Source: an uncultured Gammaproteobacteria bacterium (GTDB taxonomy: Bacteria; Pseudomonadota; Gammaproteobacteria; JAURND01). Taken from it: a stretch of 64,000 nt of DNA. A program made the position numbers and the translations under genes. The notes under the pieces were generated by a model that was given only the letters and a program-made list of their open reading frames with translations, searched no databases and had not been told where the DNA came from. This document shows, one piece after another, positions 9,065 through 19,338 of the stretch (the first letter of the stretch is position 1; each line of letters opens with the position of its first letter). The stretch is taken from the NCBI GenBank assembly GCA_963714975.1, contig CAVQQD010000003.1:576001-640000 (forward strand), in the 5' to 3' direction.

Positions 9065-9975
9065 ATAGCCTAAGCAGTTTACTGGATAAAGTAGATCAGA
9101 TTACCCACGATTTTACTTTCAATGGCTATGCCGCTTTGGTGAGTAGTCTCACCCCAGCAATTGTCCTGGCGATTACCGCTTACATTGCTTTTATGGGTTG
9201 GTTGATGTTACAAAGTTGGAGCAATTTAACGGTCAGTCAATTAACCACGCACGTGCTAAAAATCGCTATCGTATTGACTTTCGCGACGCAATGGGATGTG
9301 TTCGCACAATTTATTTATCAAGTACTCACCAATGGCCCCAATGAAATATCGGCGGTGCTAATGCGCGTCGCCGGCAGCAACGACAATGGGGTTAATGCCG
9401 CATTAGAACAAGCATTGACTAGTGGCGTGAAAATTGGTGAAGAGCTATGGAATCTCTCAGGGTTGTCACTAAAACTCGCTGCCTTGATTATTTGGCTACT
9501 AAATTATTTTGTGGCGGGCATTGCCTTATTGGAATTAGCGGCGGCGAAATTAGGACTATCCATTACCTTGGTATTAGCGCCGCTTTTTTTCCTCTTCCTA
9601 CTATGGCAAGCCACGCAAGGGATTTTTGCCAGCTGGCTGCGCTTTGCTCTGGGATTTGCTTTAGTTCCGATATTTTTATCGACCGTGTTATTGGTCATTA
9701 ATCAACTCATGCAATTAAGTGCCGATCAAGTACAAGCGTCGCTGCATAGTCCCTCGGCTGATTTGACGAGCATCACTCCCTTAGTACTAAGCGGAATCGC
9801 CAGTATCGGCTTGTTATTTAAAGCCGCACATATCGCAGTCAGCATTGCTGGTGGTGTGAGTATCAGTGGCGTCGGCGCTGCAGCGGGTATAGCCAAAACC
9901 CTAGACCGTTATTCAGGATTGGCGTTATTACGCCAAAAATTGGCGCAACGAATGATGCGCTCTAAATCTTCCTAG
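9061..9975 (+). CDS. virB6: T4SS VirB6
   Basis: Polytopic membrane protein; AKLGLSITLVLAPLF...T.GIF.SW. Confidence 0.88.
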   Translation: MNSLSSLLDKVDQITHDFTFNGYAALVSSLTPAIVLAITAYIAFMGWLMLQSWSNLTVSQLTTHVLKIAIVLTFATQWDVFAQFIYQVLTNGPNEISAVLMRVAGSNDNGVNAALEQALTSGVKIGEELWNLSGLSLKLAALIIWLLNYFVAGIALLELAAAKLGLSITLVLAPLFFLFLLWQATQGIFASWLRFALGFALVPIFLSTVLLVINQLMQLSADQVQASLHSPSADLTSITPLVLSGIASIGLLFKAAHIAVSIAGGVSISGVGAAAGIAKTLDRYSGLALLRQKLAQRMMRSKSS

Positions 9976-9985
9976 GAGAAAAACC

Positions 9986-10666
9986 ATGATACCCGAAATT
10001 GAAAAATCTCCTGATCCGTATGAAGCAGCCCAACACTGGGCTTATGATCGTTACCAAATTCACGAAGTGATAGCCAATCGTTGGCAATTAGCTTTTTGGC
10101 TGCAACTATTTTTTTCTGCAGGATTGGTTGTTTTAGTATTGGCGCTATTGCCCTTAAAAACTTGGGAACCCATTATCATTCATCGCAATAATCAAACCAG
10201 CGAAGTATGGGTGGAAAGTGTGCGTGATCATGCTTTACCCGAAACCACTGCAGAAATTGAAAGCAATTTAGCACGCTATGTCATTGCCCGAGAAACTATT
10301 TCTGCAATAGATGCTAGCTCACGCACGCAACAAGTATACTATGAATCTAACGATCCTGTAGCTAAAGCCTATGAAACTGCTCAGGCGCAAATAAACAAAT
10401 CCCTGCATAAAATGGTTAAAGTGCAGGATATTATTTTCTTAGATTCTGCAACCCCAAGCAAAAATCACAAAGAAGCACTACACCGAAATTTGGCCAAAGT
10501 AGATTTCGTCACCACCGAAAACAATGGTCAACAAATTATCGAGAAATCTTGGGTGGTAACCATTAGCTGGGAATATTTAGGGACACCTGCCAGCAAAGCC
10601 GCTGCGTGGGCTAATTGGAATGGGTTTACTGTCACTTATTACCGAGTCGATCAACGCAATGTGTGA
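9986..10666 (+). CDS. virB8: T4SS VirB8
   Basis: LLPLKT, YVIARE, NWNGFTVTYYRVD. Confidence 0.9.
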   Translation: MIPEIEKSPDPYEAAQHWAYDRYQIHEVIANRWQLAFWLQLFFSAGLVVLVLALLPLKTWEPIIIHRNNQTSEVWVESVRDHALPETTAEIESNLARYVIARETISAIDASSRTQQVYYESNDPVAKAYETAQAQINKSLHKMVKVQDIIFLDSATPSKNHKEALHRNLAKVDFVTTENNGQQIIEKSWVVTISWEYLGTPASKAAAWANWNGFTVTYYRVDQRNV

Positions 10667-10809
10667 GGATCTGCTTACAATTCTACTATGCTTGGCATAA
10701 ATCGTTGATTTTCTGTGCTCCGTTGCTCATTTACAACCAAGTAAACTGCGCTACGGTGCTCAAAAATCAAGCGATTTCTGCTCAAGCCTAGCGAATTGTA
10801 AACTGCCCT
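10666..10809. repeat. ~140-bp imperfect palindromic MITE-like element between virB8 and virB9
   Basis: TTACAATTC...AAATCGTTGATTTT...TTTAC-loop-GTAAA...AAAATCAAGCGATTT...GAATTGTAA. Confidence 0.7.
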
Positions 10810-10832
10810 AACAATTAAAGAGGATAAATTTT

Positions 10833-11591
10833 ATGAAAATATTCATGCTCTCCTGCTGCTTGGGAACTAGCCTGATGCTTCCCTTACTCAGCACAGCTAC
10901 CCAAACTCCACAACCTTTAACCACTGATCATCGCCTACGCATCGTGGCCTATGATCCGAATAATGTGGTTACTCTTCATGGAAATCAATTAGTGCAAACC
11001 AGTTTACAATTCAGCAATGCAGAAACCATTGTCGGCGTAGAAAGTGGCGATGCAGTCGCTTGGGCTATCTCGATTAATCCCAATAAACCCAATTTATTAT
11101 TTTTAAAGCCTACCACAGAAATTTCCGACACCAATCTTTCTGTGATTACGGATAAAAATATTTATCACTTCCAGTTAACCACCGCCTCGAAACATCCCAA
11201 AGATATTACTTATAATGTTCGATTTACTTATCCTCTGGAGGAAAAAAAACAATTGCTTGCCCAATATCAAGAAACGCAACGACAGAAAAATGCCCTGGTA
11301 ACTACGGTACCTACTGATCCTTTGCATTGGAACTGGAATTATTCTTTTAGCAAACGCTGCTCTCCAGCCTTAGTCCCGCAACATGTCTTTGATGATGGCA
11401 AGTTTACCTATTTTCAATTCAGACCCCAGCAAGATATCCCCGCGATATTTGTGGTGGATAGTCAAGGCAAAGAATCCTTAGCCAATTGGCGGGTGCAAAA
11501 TCACTATGTGGTGGTTGAACGCACGGCAAGCCAATTTAGTTTACGCAATGGCCATTTAATCAGTTGTGTACTGAATGACCAAAACTCCTAG
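10833..11591 (+). CDS. virB9: T4SS VirB9
   Basis: DHRLRIVAYDPNNVV, LFLKP, TNLSVIT, VFDDGKFTYF, PAIF. Confidence 0.93.
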   Translation: MKIFMLSCCLGTSLMLPLLSTATQTPQPLTTDHRLRIVAYDPNNVVTLHGNQLVQTSLQFSNAETIVGVESGDAVAWAISINPNKPNLLFLKPTTEISDTNLSVITDKNIYHFQLTTASKHPKDITYNVRFTYPLEEKKQLLAQYQETQRQKNALVTTVPTDPLHWNWNYSFSKRCSPALVPQHVFDDGKFTYFQFRPQQDIPAIFVVDSQGKESLANWRVQNHYVVVERTASQFSLRNGHLISCVLNDQNS

Positions 11592-11596
11592 GAGCA

Positions 11597-12682
11597 ATGC
11601 CCATGGCCGAATCTAAAAATAATCATATTCCTCAAGTTGCTTCCACTTCTCAATTCAAAAAACGTTTCGGGATTATTTTTTTTGGATTGATTATCCTGGG
11701 CTTATTACTCTCCGTACTACTGAATCAACGCAAACCAACGGTTCCTAAACTTGCCACTAAATCCTATCTTCACACATTGCAAGCTAATTTACCGACCCAA
11801 GAAATAAAAAACCTCGCAACACCTCCGCAAGAAACTATTGACCTCGAAAAATTAGCACAAGCGGCGAAATTTTATCGCCTACGCCAAAACGCCCCGATTG
11901 AAATGTATCAGGCGCAAAATAAATATCCCTCTAATACGGAAACACCCGCACCGAACTTAGCGCATAATTCATTGCCTCTTACCCAAAATCAAATTGAAAA
12001 ACTACGAAATTACACTGCGAGCCTCGACAGCAATAGTCAATTTGCCGAACAAATCAGTAATAAACCAACAATCCATGCTGAAGCCCAATTAGTAGCGCAT
12101 CCTGATTTTACTGTAGCCCAAGGCACACTAATCAGTGGCGTGTTACAAACCGCAATTAATTCGGATTTACCTGGGATGGTCAAAGCCAATGTCAGTCACG
12201 ATATTTATGCTATGCAAGGCATGCGTGTTTTAATCCCCAAAGGATCAACCTTAATTGGGGAGTACAATTCTGGTATTACCTTGGGACAACGGCGAGTCTT
12301 TATTCTCTGGACCCGCCTAATACGGCCTGATGGGATTGATATTCAACTGAATTCCCCAGGCACAGATGCTTTTGGGCAAGCAGGATTAAATGCCGATGCT
12401 CTCGATACCCATTTCTGGGCGCGCTTTGGTCAAGCCTCATTATTAAGCATCGTCAGCAGCAGTTTGGCGAGTACTAATGCGAATACTGCGGATAATTTGA
12501 GTAGCGCAGCTTCCTATCGTTTAGCCTTAGCCAACAGTTTTCAACAAACCGCCAACAATAGCCTGCTTAATACCATGAATATCAAACCGACACTGCATAT
12601 ACATCAAGGCGATGCCATCAATGTCTTTGTGAATCGAGATTTATCATTTTATGCAGTGCTTAGTGTCCGAGAAAATCCATGA
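11597..12682 (+). CDS. virB10: T4SS VirB10
   Basis: QGTLI.GVLQTAINSDLPG, IPKGSTLIG, HFWARFG, VFVNRDL. Confidence 0.93.
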   Translation: MPMAESKNNHIPQVASTSQFKKRFGIIFFGLIILGLLLSVLLNQRKPTVPKLATKSYLHTLQANLPTQEIKNLATPPQETIDLEKLAQAAKFYRLRQNAPIEMYQAQNKYPSNTETPAPNLAHNSLPLTQNQIEKLRNYTASLDSNSQFAEQISNKPTIHAEAQLVAHPDFTVAQGTLISGVLQTAINSDLPGMVKANVSHDIYAMQGMRVLIPKGSTLIGEYNSGITLGQRRVFILWTRLIRPDGIDIQLNSPGTDAFGQAGLNADALDTHFWARFGQASLLSIVSSSLASTNANTADNLSSAASYRLALANSFQQTANNSLLNTMNIKPTLHIHQGDAINVFVNRDLSFYAVLSVRENP

Positions 12683-13664
12683 ATATCGATGCCTTATCCG
12701 AATATTTAAAACCTCTTGACCCTACTGCTCGATGATCCTGAAATTAGCGAAATTTCTATCAATCAACCCCAAGTCGCTTACATCGAAAAAGCAGGGCAAG
12801 TTACTGAGATCAAATTAGCGCAACTCACCCATTATTGGCTGGAAGGATTGGCCACGCTCATTGCCCGCTTTACCGAACAACGTTTAAGTGCCAAAGAACC
12901 CTTATTATCAGCCTCATTGCCCAATGGCCAGCGCATTCAAATTGTTTTACCACCCGCCTGCGAGGCTGGAAAAATTATTCTCTCGATTCGCAAACAAGTG
13001 ATCCAAAATTTATCGCTTGATGATTATCATGCGATGGGGGCATTTGATCAGGTAAAGATCACACCAGCCTTGCCTAATAATAACGATGAATTAGCTGTGC
13101 TTCTTGCTGAACAAAACTACTGCGAATTTCTCAAACAAGCAATCCAACAAAAAAAGAATATTTTAATTTCAGGCGCAACGGCTACTGGCAAAACCACATT
13201 TCTCAATGCCTGTCTCAAAGAAATTCCCAACCACGAGCGGATTATTACCCTGGAAGATGTTCGGGAAATTCAAATTCCTCATACCAATAAAGTTCACTTA
13301 CTTGCCTCCAAAGGCGAACAAGGCACCGCCAAAGTGACATGTCGCAATTGATTGAAGCTTGCCTGCGCTTGCGTCCTGATCGTATCATACTCGGTGAAAT
13401 GCGCGGCGCGGAGGCCGCTGATTTTATCAATGCCACCGCTACAGGGCATGATGGTGCACTTAGCACGATTCATGCTTCAGGCCCGAAGATGGCGTTTATG
13501 CGCTTAGTGCATATGGCCAAACTTAAGCCTGGCATGAATCTCAGTCGAGAAGATATTCTGGCGGATTTTCACAGTTTAATTGATATCGTGGTGCAAATAA
13601 GCCAGAGTACGTGTTCAATGAACAATATTCTCGATTTATATCAGAAATTTATTACAAAGGGTAG
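12679..13664 (+). pseudogene. virB11: VirB11 ATPase, frameshifted near 12712, 13340 and 13600
   Basis: Fragments carry SGATATGKTT, ERIITLED, CLRLRPDRIILGEMRG, TGHDG..STIHA and the C-terminus RFISEIYYKG in different frames. Confidence 0.88.
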
Positions 13665-13673
13665 GCATAATTT

Positions 13674-14165
13674 ATGCAAAAAACAACTATTATTTTACCT
13701 GTTATTCATCTGGCAGGAATTACTACCAGAACCAATAACAAAAATGAACTTGAGGGAAAAAATGGCAAAATCTTAGCTTGCATCCAAAAGTATTTTGGCG
13801 AATCCCTAAGTGAAAAAATTCCTAGTCGCAAAAACCCTGGAACAACCTATTGTGTGTACAGCGAATATGAAAGCGATTTCAATGGCGAATACAATTATTT
13901 TATTGGTGAAGAAGTCAGTTCTTTCGATTCCATCCCAAGTGGTTTGAAAACCATGATTATTCCTGCACAAAGCTATATAAAATTTACCAATGGTCCAGGC
14001 CCTATGCCCAATGTTGTGCAAGAAGCATGGCATCAAATTTGGCGAATGTCTCCTGAAGACTTAGGCGGTAAGAGAAATTATGTTGCAGATTTTGAAGTCT
14101 ATGATAAACGCGCCTCAGATCAACGCAATGTGGTACTGGATATTTATATTGGTATTCAAGCATAA
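13674..14165 (+). CDS. GyrI-like small-molecule-binding protein
   Basis: YCVYSEYESD..GEYNYFIG, IPAQSY.KF, W..IW, DFEVYD, DIYIGI. Confidence 0.85.
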   Translation: MQKTTIILPVIHLAGITTRTNNKNELEGKNGKILACIQKYFGESLSEKIPSRKNPGTTYCVYSEYESDFNGEYNYFIGEEVSSFDSIPSGLKTMIIPAQSYIKFTNGPGPMPNVVQEAWHQIWRMSPEDLGGKRNYVADFEVYDKRASDQRNVVLDIYIGIQA

Positions 14166-14750
14166 ATGGATACTACATTAAACTTCTTGCCAAATATAAA
14201 AATAGCACCCCTGGGACAAGTATCTGTGCAATTCTTATCCCATGGTATCGAATATTTTCACCAAGCAATTGATTATGTGCATCAGTTACCTTACAAGCGA
14301 GCTAGTTCACCCGTTTACACTACTGTTTTAGCTGAACATTGCGGTACATGTAGCACTAAACATGCATTGATTGCCGAATTAAGCCGCGAGTTCAATGTTC
14401 CTCTGCAATTACGTTTGGGCATTTTTATGATGGATAGCAACAGTCAGCTTCTTGCCCCTATCTTACAAGAATATAAACTGTAAGCTCTTCCCGAAGCCCA
14501 TTGTTATCTACAATATAATGAACACATCATCGACATTACCTTTCGCGAAAATGTAAACCGTGTACTTTTGTGGCCCATAAGCCAAGTAATGACGATTGCT
14601 CCCGATCAAATTGGAGTCTTTAAAAACAACTGGCATATTCAGGTGATTCAGCAATGGATTACGCAAAATAATATTCCCTATACGGTAGATGAAATTTGGA
14701 CTATTCGTGAAAAATGCATTCGTCAACTAGAAAAAGCTTCATCGCGTTAA
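14166..14750 (+). pseudogene. Transglutaminase-like (Cys-His-Asp) protein with an in-frame stop at 14481-14483
   Basis: GTCSTKHAL, then after TAA in the same frame LPEAHCYL...IIDITF. Confidence 0.6.
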
Positions 14751-14765
14751 TAAAAATGGGAACCC

Positions 14766-16363
14766 ATGCAGCGCACCAGGATACCGCACAAAATTATCTT
14801 AATTTCAATGACAGGCTTAATAGTCCTCTTAGTCTGTATGTATATTTCAAGCCTAATTTTTTTATCCCTATTAGGCATTAATGACCAGGATTTTAGTTTA
14901 ATACAAGCTATGCAAATAACATTGGAGGCTTGGAGTATTCCTGCTCTTCGCCGTCAGTGGTTACTGGCATTTATTGTGCCTTGGCTCACGATTGCGGTAT
15001 TAATTGCCATAGCTATCCAGCAAAACCAACGCCACCTCTTTGGCAAAGCGCATTGGGCCTCTTTCTGGGAAGCTAAAAAAGCCGGGCTATTTGCTAAAAA
15101 AGGGATTCTACTCGGAAAAAAATGGGGTCGTTTTCTATGCGTGGATGGTTTCGAGCATGTATTAGTATTCGCACCCAGTGGCAGTGGCAAAACCACCTCA
15201 CTCGTCATTCCCAATTTACTTAATTGGGATGATTCCATCATCTGCCAAGATATCAAGCTCACATCTATTTGAAAAAACAGCCAAATACCGCGAACGCTAC
15301 GGCCAGGCTTGTTTTCTATGGCATCCAGCAGCACAGGATGGCAAGACCCATCGCTATAATCCACTAAGCTATATCAATCGCGATAAAATATTACGCATTG
15401 ATCAAATCCAGAAAATTGCTCATATTTTTATTCCCGATAATCCCAAGCAAGACCCCATTTGGACCGTACAACCACGAGTATTATTTGTTGCATTAATTTT
15501 ATTTTTACTCGACACCCCAGAGCGCCCCTGCACCTTAGGTGAAATGGTCCGCATCGTTAAAGATACAGCGGATTTTTCCAACTGGTTGAATGAAACTATT
15601 GAAGCACGCACTGATCTGGATCCCTTATGCTACCGCAATGCCCACAGTTTTCTGCAAACCCACCACAAAACCCAAAGCAGTATCTTGCAATCATTTCTAT
15701 CTTATTTTGAGCTTTGGGATAATCCACTGATCGATGCCGCCACCAGCCACAGCGATTTTGATATCACTCAGCTAAGAAAAGAACGCATGACGATCTATGT
15801 CGGCATGACCAGTGATAATTTAGTGCGGCTTACCCCATTGATTACCGTATTCTACCAACAAGTCCTCGACAACTTATTGCAAAAAATTCCCAATCCACAG
15901 AAAGGAGCCTTATGGTTTATTACTGCTGCTGGATGAATTCAGTGCCTTGGGTAAAATGGAAATCTTACAAAAAAATATTGGCCTAATGCGAGAATACCGA
16001 ATACGACTCATGGCAGTCATTCAAGATTTAGCGCAGTTATATACCACTTATGGTCATGATGGCGCTAAGGCTTTTATCAATACTAAAATTCGTGTTGCTT
16101 TTGCGCAAAATGATATAGAATCTGCCAAACTAATTTCCAGTTGGCTGGGTGACAAAACTATTACTCAATATACTCGAAATCGACGAGGATTGAGTTGGAA
16201 TAGTGAATTAGCTAGTGATGGGGAATCACTATCGTATGTCCGACGAGAATTGATGCTTGCCAGCGAAATTATGCAATTGCCGAAGGATAAAGCGATTGTT
16301 GCGGCAGAAGGAAGTGCACCATTAAAAATGAAAAAAATAAGTACTAGAATGCTAGCTAATTGA
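14766..16363 (+). pseudogene. virD4: Coupling protein VirD4/TraG in three frameshifted pieces
   Basis: FGKAHWA, HVLVFAPSGSGKT...VIPNLL, YNPL, SDFD..LR, LLLDEF, IQDLAQL..YG. Confidence 0.9.
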
Positions 16364-16715
16364 TTTTTTGTTTAATTATTAATAAAGCTATTTTTAAAAT
16401 CTCATCAAGGACATCAATTATATTTTTCAACCACCAAGGTAATTCTAGCAACCTAAGACTATTCAGTATAATTTCACCTAGCTCTATTTTTTTATCTCCA
16501 TCAAGAGTGGGAAAAATTTTTAGCTCATATTCAAAAGCTTTCTCTAAATTTACGTCATCACCATATACAGAAAAATTGGTAAAATCATGTTTTTCGATAG
16601 ATTGTTCTACTTCTTCTATAGCATTTAATAGATTTTCATTTTTTATATTTTTAATCGTTCCTTTAATACAATTAGAGAGCTCCCGTAAAAAAATTTTTAT
16701 TTCTTCATTTTCCAT
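16356..16715 (-). CDS. Hypothetical acidic protein (AT-rich)
   Basis: ATG after GGAGGG; 119-aa ORF; no motif recognised. Confidence 0.5.
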   Translation of the reverse strand: MENEEIKIFLRELSNCIKGTIKNIKNENLLNAIEEVEQSIEKHDFTNFSVYGDDVNLEKAFEYELKIFPTLDGDKKIELGEIILNSLRLLELPWWLKNIIDVLDEILKIALLIIKQKIN

Positions 16716-16872
16716 AATCCCTCCAATTAAACATATCTAGGCAAATATAGCTTAAAAATTGATTTATGCCCATTTCAGTCCAACTATTTTTTTTGCAATA
16801 ACTTGAAATTAGAGGTAGAGATTATAATATTTAAAGAAACATATTAACCAGCATTAACGAGGAAAATAAATA

Positions 16873-17175
16873 ATGGACAATTACGACCAATATTTTAATG
16901 AATTTATAATAAAAATTAAAATCATTTTTCCGAGAGGAACCAAATTCGTACATCATAATTCAACAACTATTAACAGATTTGATAAGAAAATTTGTATCCC
17001 AGGAGACAAAGAGAAGATTTTATCGATTTCTCGAGATGTTTTTGATGATTATTACGCAAAATTAGGGGAAAAAGAAAAAAATGTAACCTTAGCTAAATTT
17101 AAACAATTTGTAGAAAAAAACATAGATCAAAAAAATATTATATTTAAAAGAAACGAAATTATACAGAAAATCTAA
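16873..17175 (+). CDS. Hypothetical protein (AT-rich)
   Basis: ATG after GAGGA; 100-aa ORF; no motif recognised. Confidence 0.45.
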   Translation: MDNYDQYFNEFIIKIKIIFPRGTKFVHHNSTTINRFDKKICIPGDKEKILSISRDVFDDYYAKLGEKEKNVTLAKFKQFVEKNIDQKNIIFKRNEIIQKI

Positions 17176-17328
17176 TCACATAGAATATACTAAAATTTTT
17201 CAGTAATGAATTAAGTTCTGATATTTTTTCTAGGGAAAATGTACTTCCGAAATCATTTTTTTGTAAAAAACTAAAAAAAAGACCAACTCATACACAACTG
17301 CAGGACAAACATCTCCAGCTTATTTATT

Positions 17329-17442
17329 TGTGAGCTCAAACTGAACTGAAGTCCCGCCTACGGGGTCCTGCCGCGCGAGCACGGCGGGGTGCTCGCGCGG
17401 CAGGACCCCGTAGGCGGGACTTCAGTTCAGTTTGAGCTCACA
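17329..17442. mobile_element. 114-bp perfectly palindromic MITE with 6-bp target duplication
   Basis: 54-bp perfect arms, 6-nt loop, TGT...ACA ends, TTTATT at 17323-17328 and 17443-17448. Confidence 0.85.
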
Positions 17443-17761
17443 TTTATTTTAATAGATGTTAAATTTCAGATTGAGACAAATCTTATTGACACAGCTACTT
17501 AAACCATCAGAGGTACATTTCATTTGCGCTTTATCTAATAATTTAACTAGAAGCCTAATAAAACATATAAATGAGGAATTTCAACGTAAATTATTCTCTC
17601 TTGTAACCAGGGCGCATTTTTAAATTCCAGCCGATTGGTTAGTACATTTAACTTGGTTTATTTGATTTCTTCTGCAGGTTGTGAAATTTTGAATCGCTTT
17701 TAGTACTGTTAATTCTGTGAATTAACTGATGATTACAACTCACAAATACTTCCTCCATAAA

Positions 17762-19250
17762 TTAATTGTTTTCTGTGTCAGAAAGCTGTACTTTTCCTGA
17801 CTTAATCAATTTATAATGCTCCAATTCAGACAATTCTTTTTCTAAATCTTCCACCTGATCGATTAAAGTTATCGCATTTCCATCAACAGTGCTTTTTATC
17901 CAGTTTTCACAAACCTCCCTTACTTTAGTGCCCATGGCATTTAATCTTACTGATAATGGCGGGTGACTATCTGTCGGATGTGATGTATATTCTTCTCCAA
18001 TTTCATTTTTCATAAAATCTTGCGGGATCAACTCACAAGCATCCCTAAAAAATAGTGACAAATTTACTATTTGTTTTCCATCCGATAGAGCTTCTTTCAT
18101 TTTTTCTTGAGTGAAATACCAAGCGTGTTGATATAAATGAAGTTTAACTAGCGCTGACGCCATTGTCTTTTGTGAAGTAATCTTCATGCCAACCACGTCG
18201 GCATTTAATTCTCTTTGCCTGCTTATTGCTTTTTCCGATTTTTCAAATGCAGCAATAAAAATACTAATGAAAATAAGTGCGGGAAGGAAATGCCAATTGT
18301 GCTAATCCATTATTACTACCTGAATAATCAAGCGAAAAAATTGTATCTATAGAGCCTCTATATACTGGGTAAAATTTCTTACTCCATTTTGTATCTTTTC
18401 CAACAAAGTGACCCATCTCGTGACCTATAATTGCAGAAAACTCTTGTGTTGTTACTGCTCTGCAAAACGGCAATGAAATAAATAAACTTCGCCCCCTTAT
18501 TTCACCATTGAAACATATGACTTTAGCTTCTGTAACAAAAAATGTAGGATCCAATCCTGCAATAATAGTGTTTGGCGGTTCAGTCCCTATTTTTTTTGCA
18601 AGCAAATCTATAAATTGCCAAATAGTCGGATACTTATCCTTATTTAGTACTTCCCCAAAAATTCTAGTTTCAACATCTTTTATTGGTATGAATGATTTAA
18701 TAAATACGCTGATTGCTGTCAAGCCAGCTACAAGACCCAATCCACCTATCAAAAATATATGAACTTTTCCTAAATAAAATGACTCTGTCAAGTAGATACT
18801 AAAGACAAGTATCCCCGCATTAGCAGCCACTAATACCGCAGCACAAATTTGTGAAATGAATAAACCAGGTCTAAATAAATAAAAAAGAAAATTTCTATTT
18901 TGTCGTGAAAGAAACCCTAAGCTAAAAATAAAAACAAAAATTAATATCGTAAAAATCAGGATTGCCGATGAAAAATATGTGAGTATATTAATTTGATCAT
19001 ATTCACTGCATATAGAAGCAAAAGTCGAATCAAGGTTTTTTTCTCTGCAAATAACTCCTAGCTTAATCTTGTTTAAAAGCTCCTTCTTTTCGTTTAAAGC
19101 TATACCTTCCCTCTCTTTAAAGAATCGTGTCATTGTTTCTTCATATTGTTTTTCATAACTATGAGAAACTAAGCTTCCTGTAAAAATACCAATCACGGGT
19201 ATGAAGATAATTAGTCCAATAATAAAAACTTTATTTTTAAAATTTCTCAT
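17762..19250 (-). pseudogene. M48/HtpX-family membrane zinc protease, frameshifted near 18285
   Basis: AIIGHEMGH (HEXXH), SRQRELNAD, C-terminal DSHPPLSVRL; likely ATG at 19250. Confidence 0.8.
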
Positions 19251-19338
19251 ATTACTCCCGTTATTCAATCTTAAAAGGCAACATACTAAAACTCGCACCC
19301 ACATCTTACGCCATTTTATGATGTAAGCTTGTATATGG

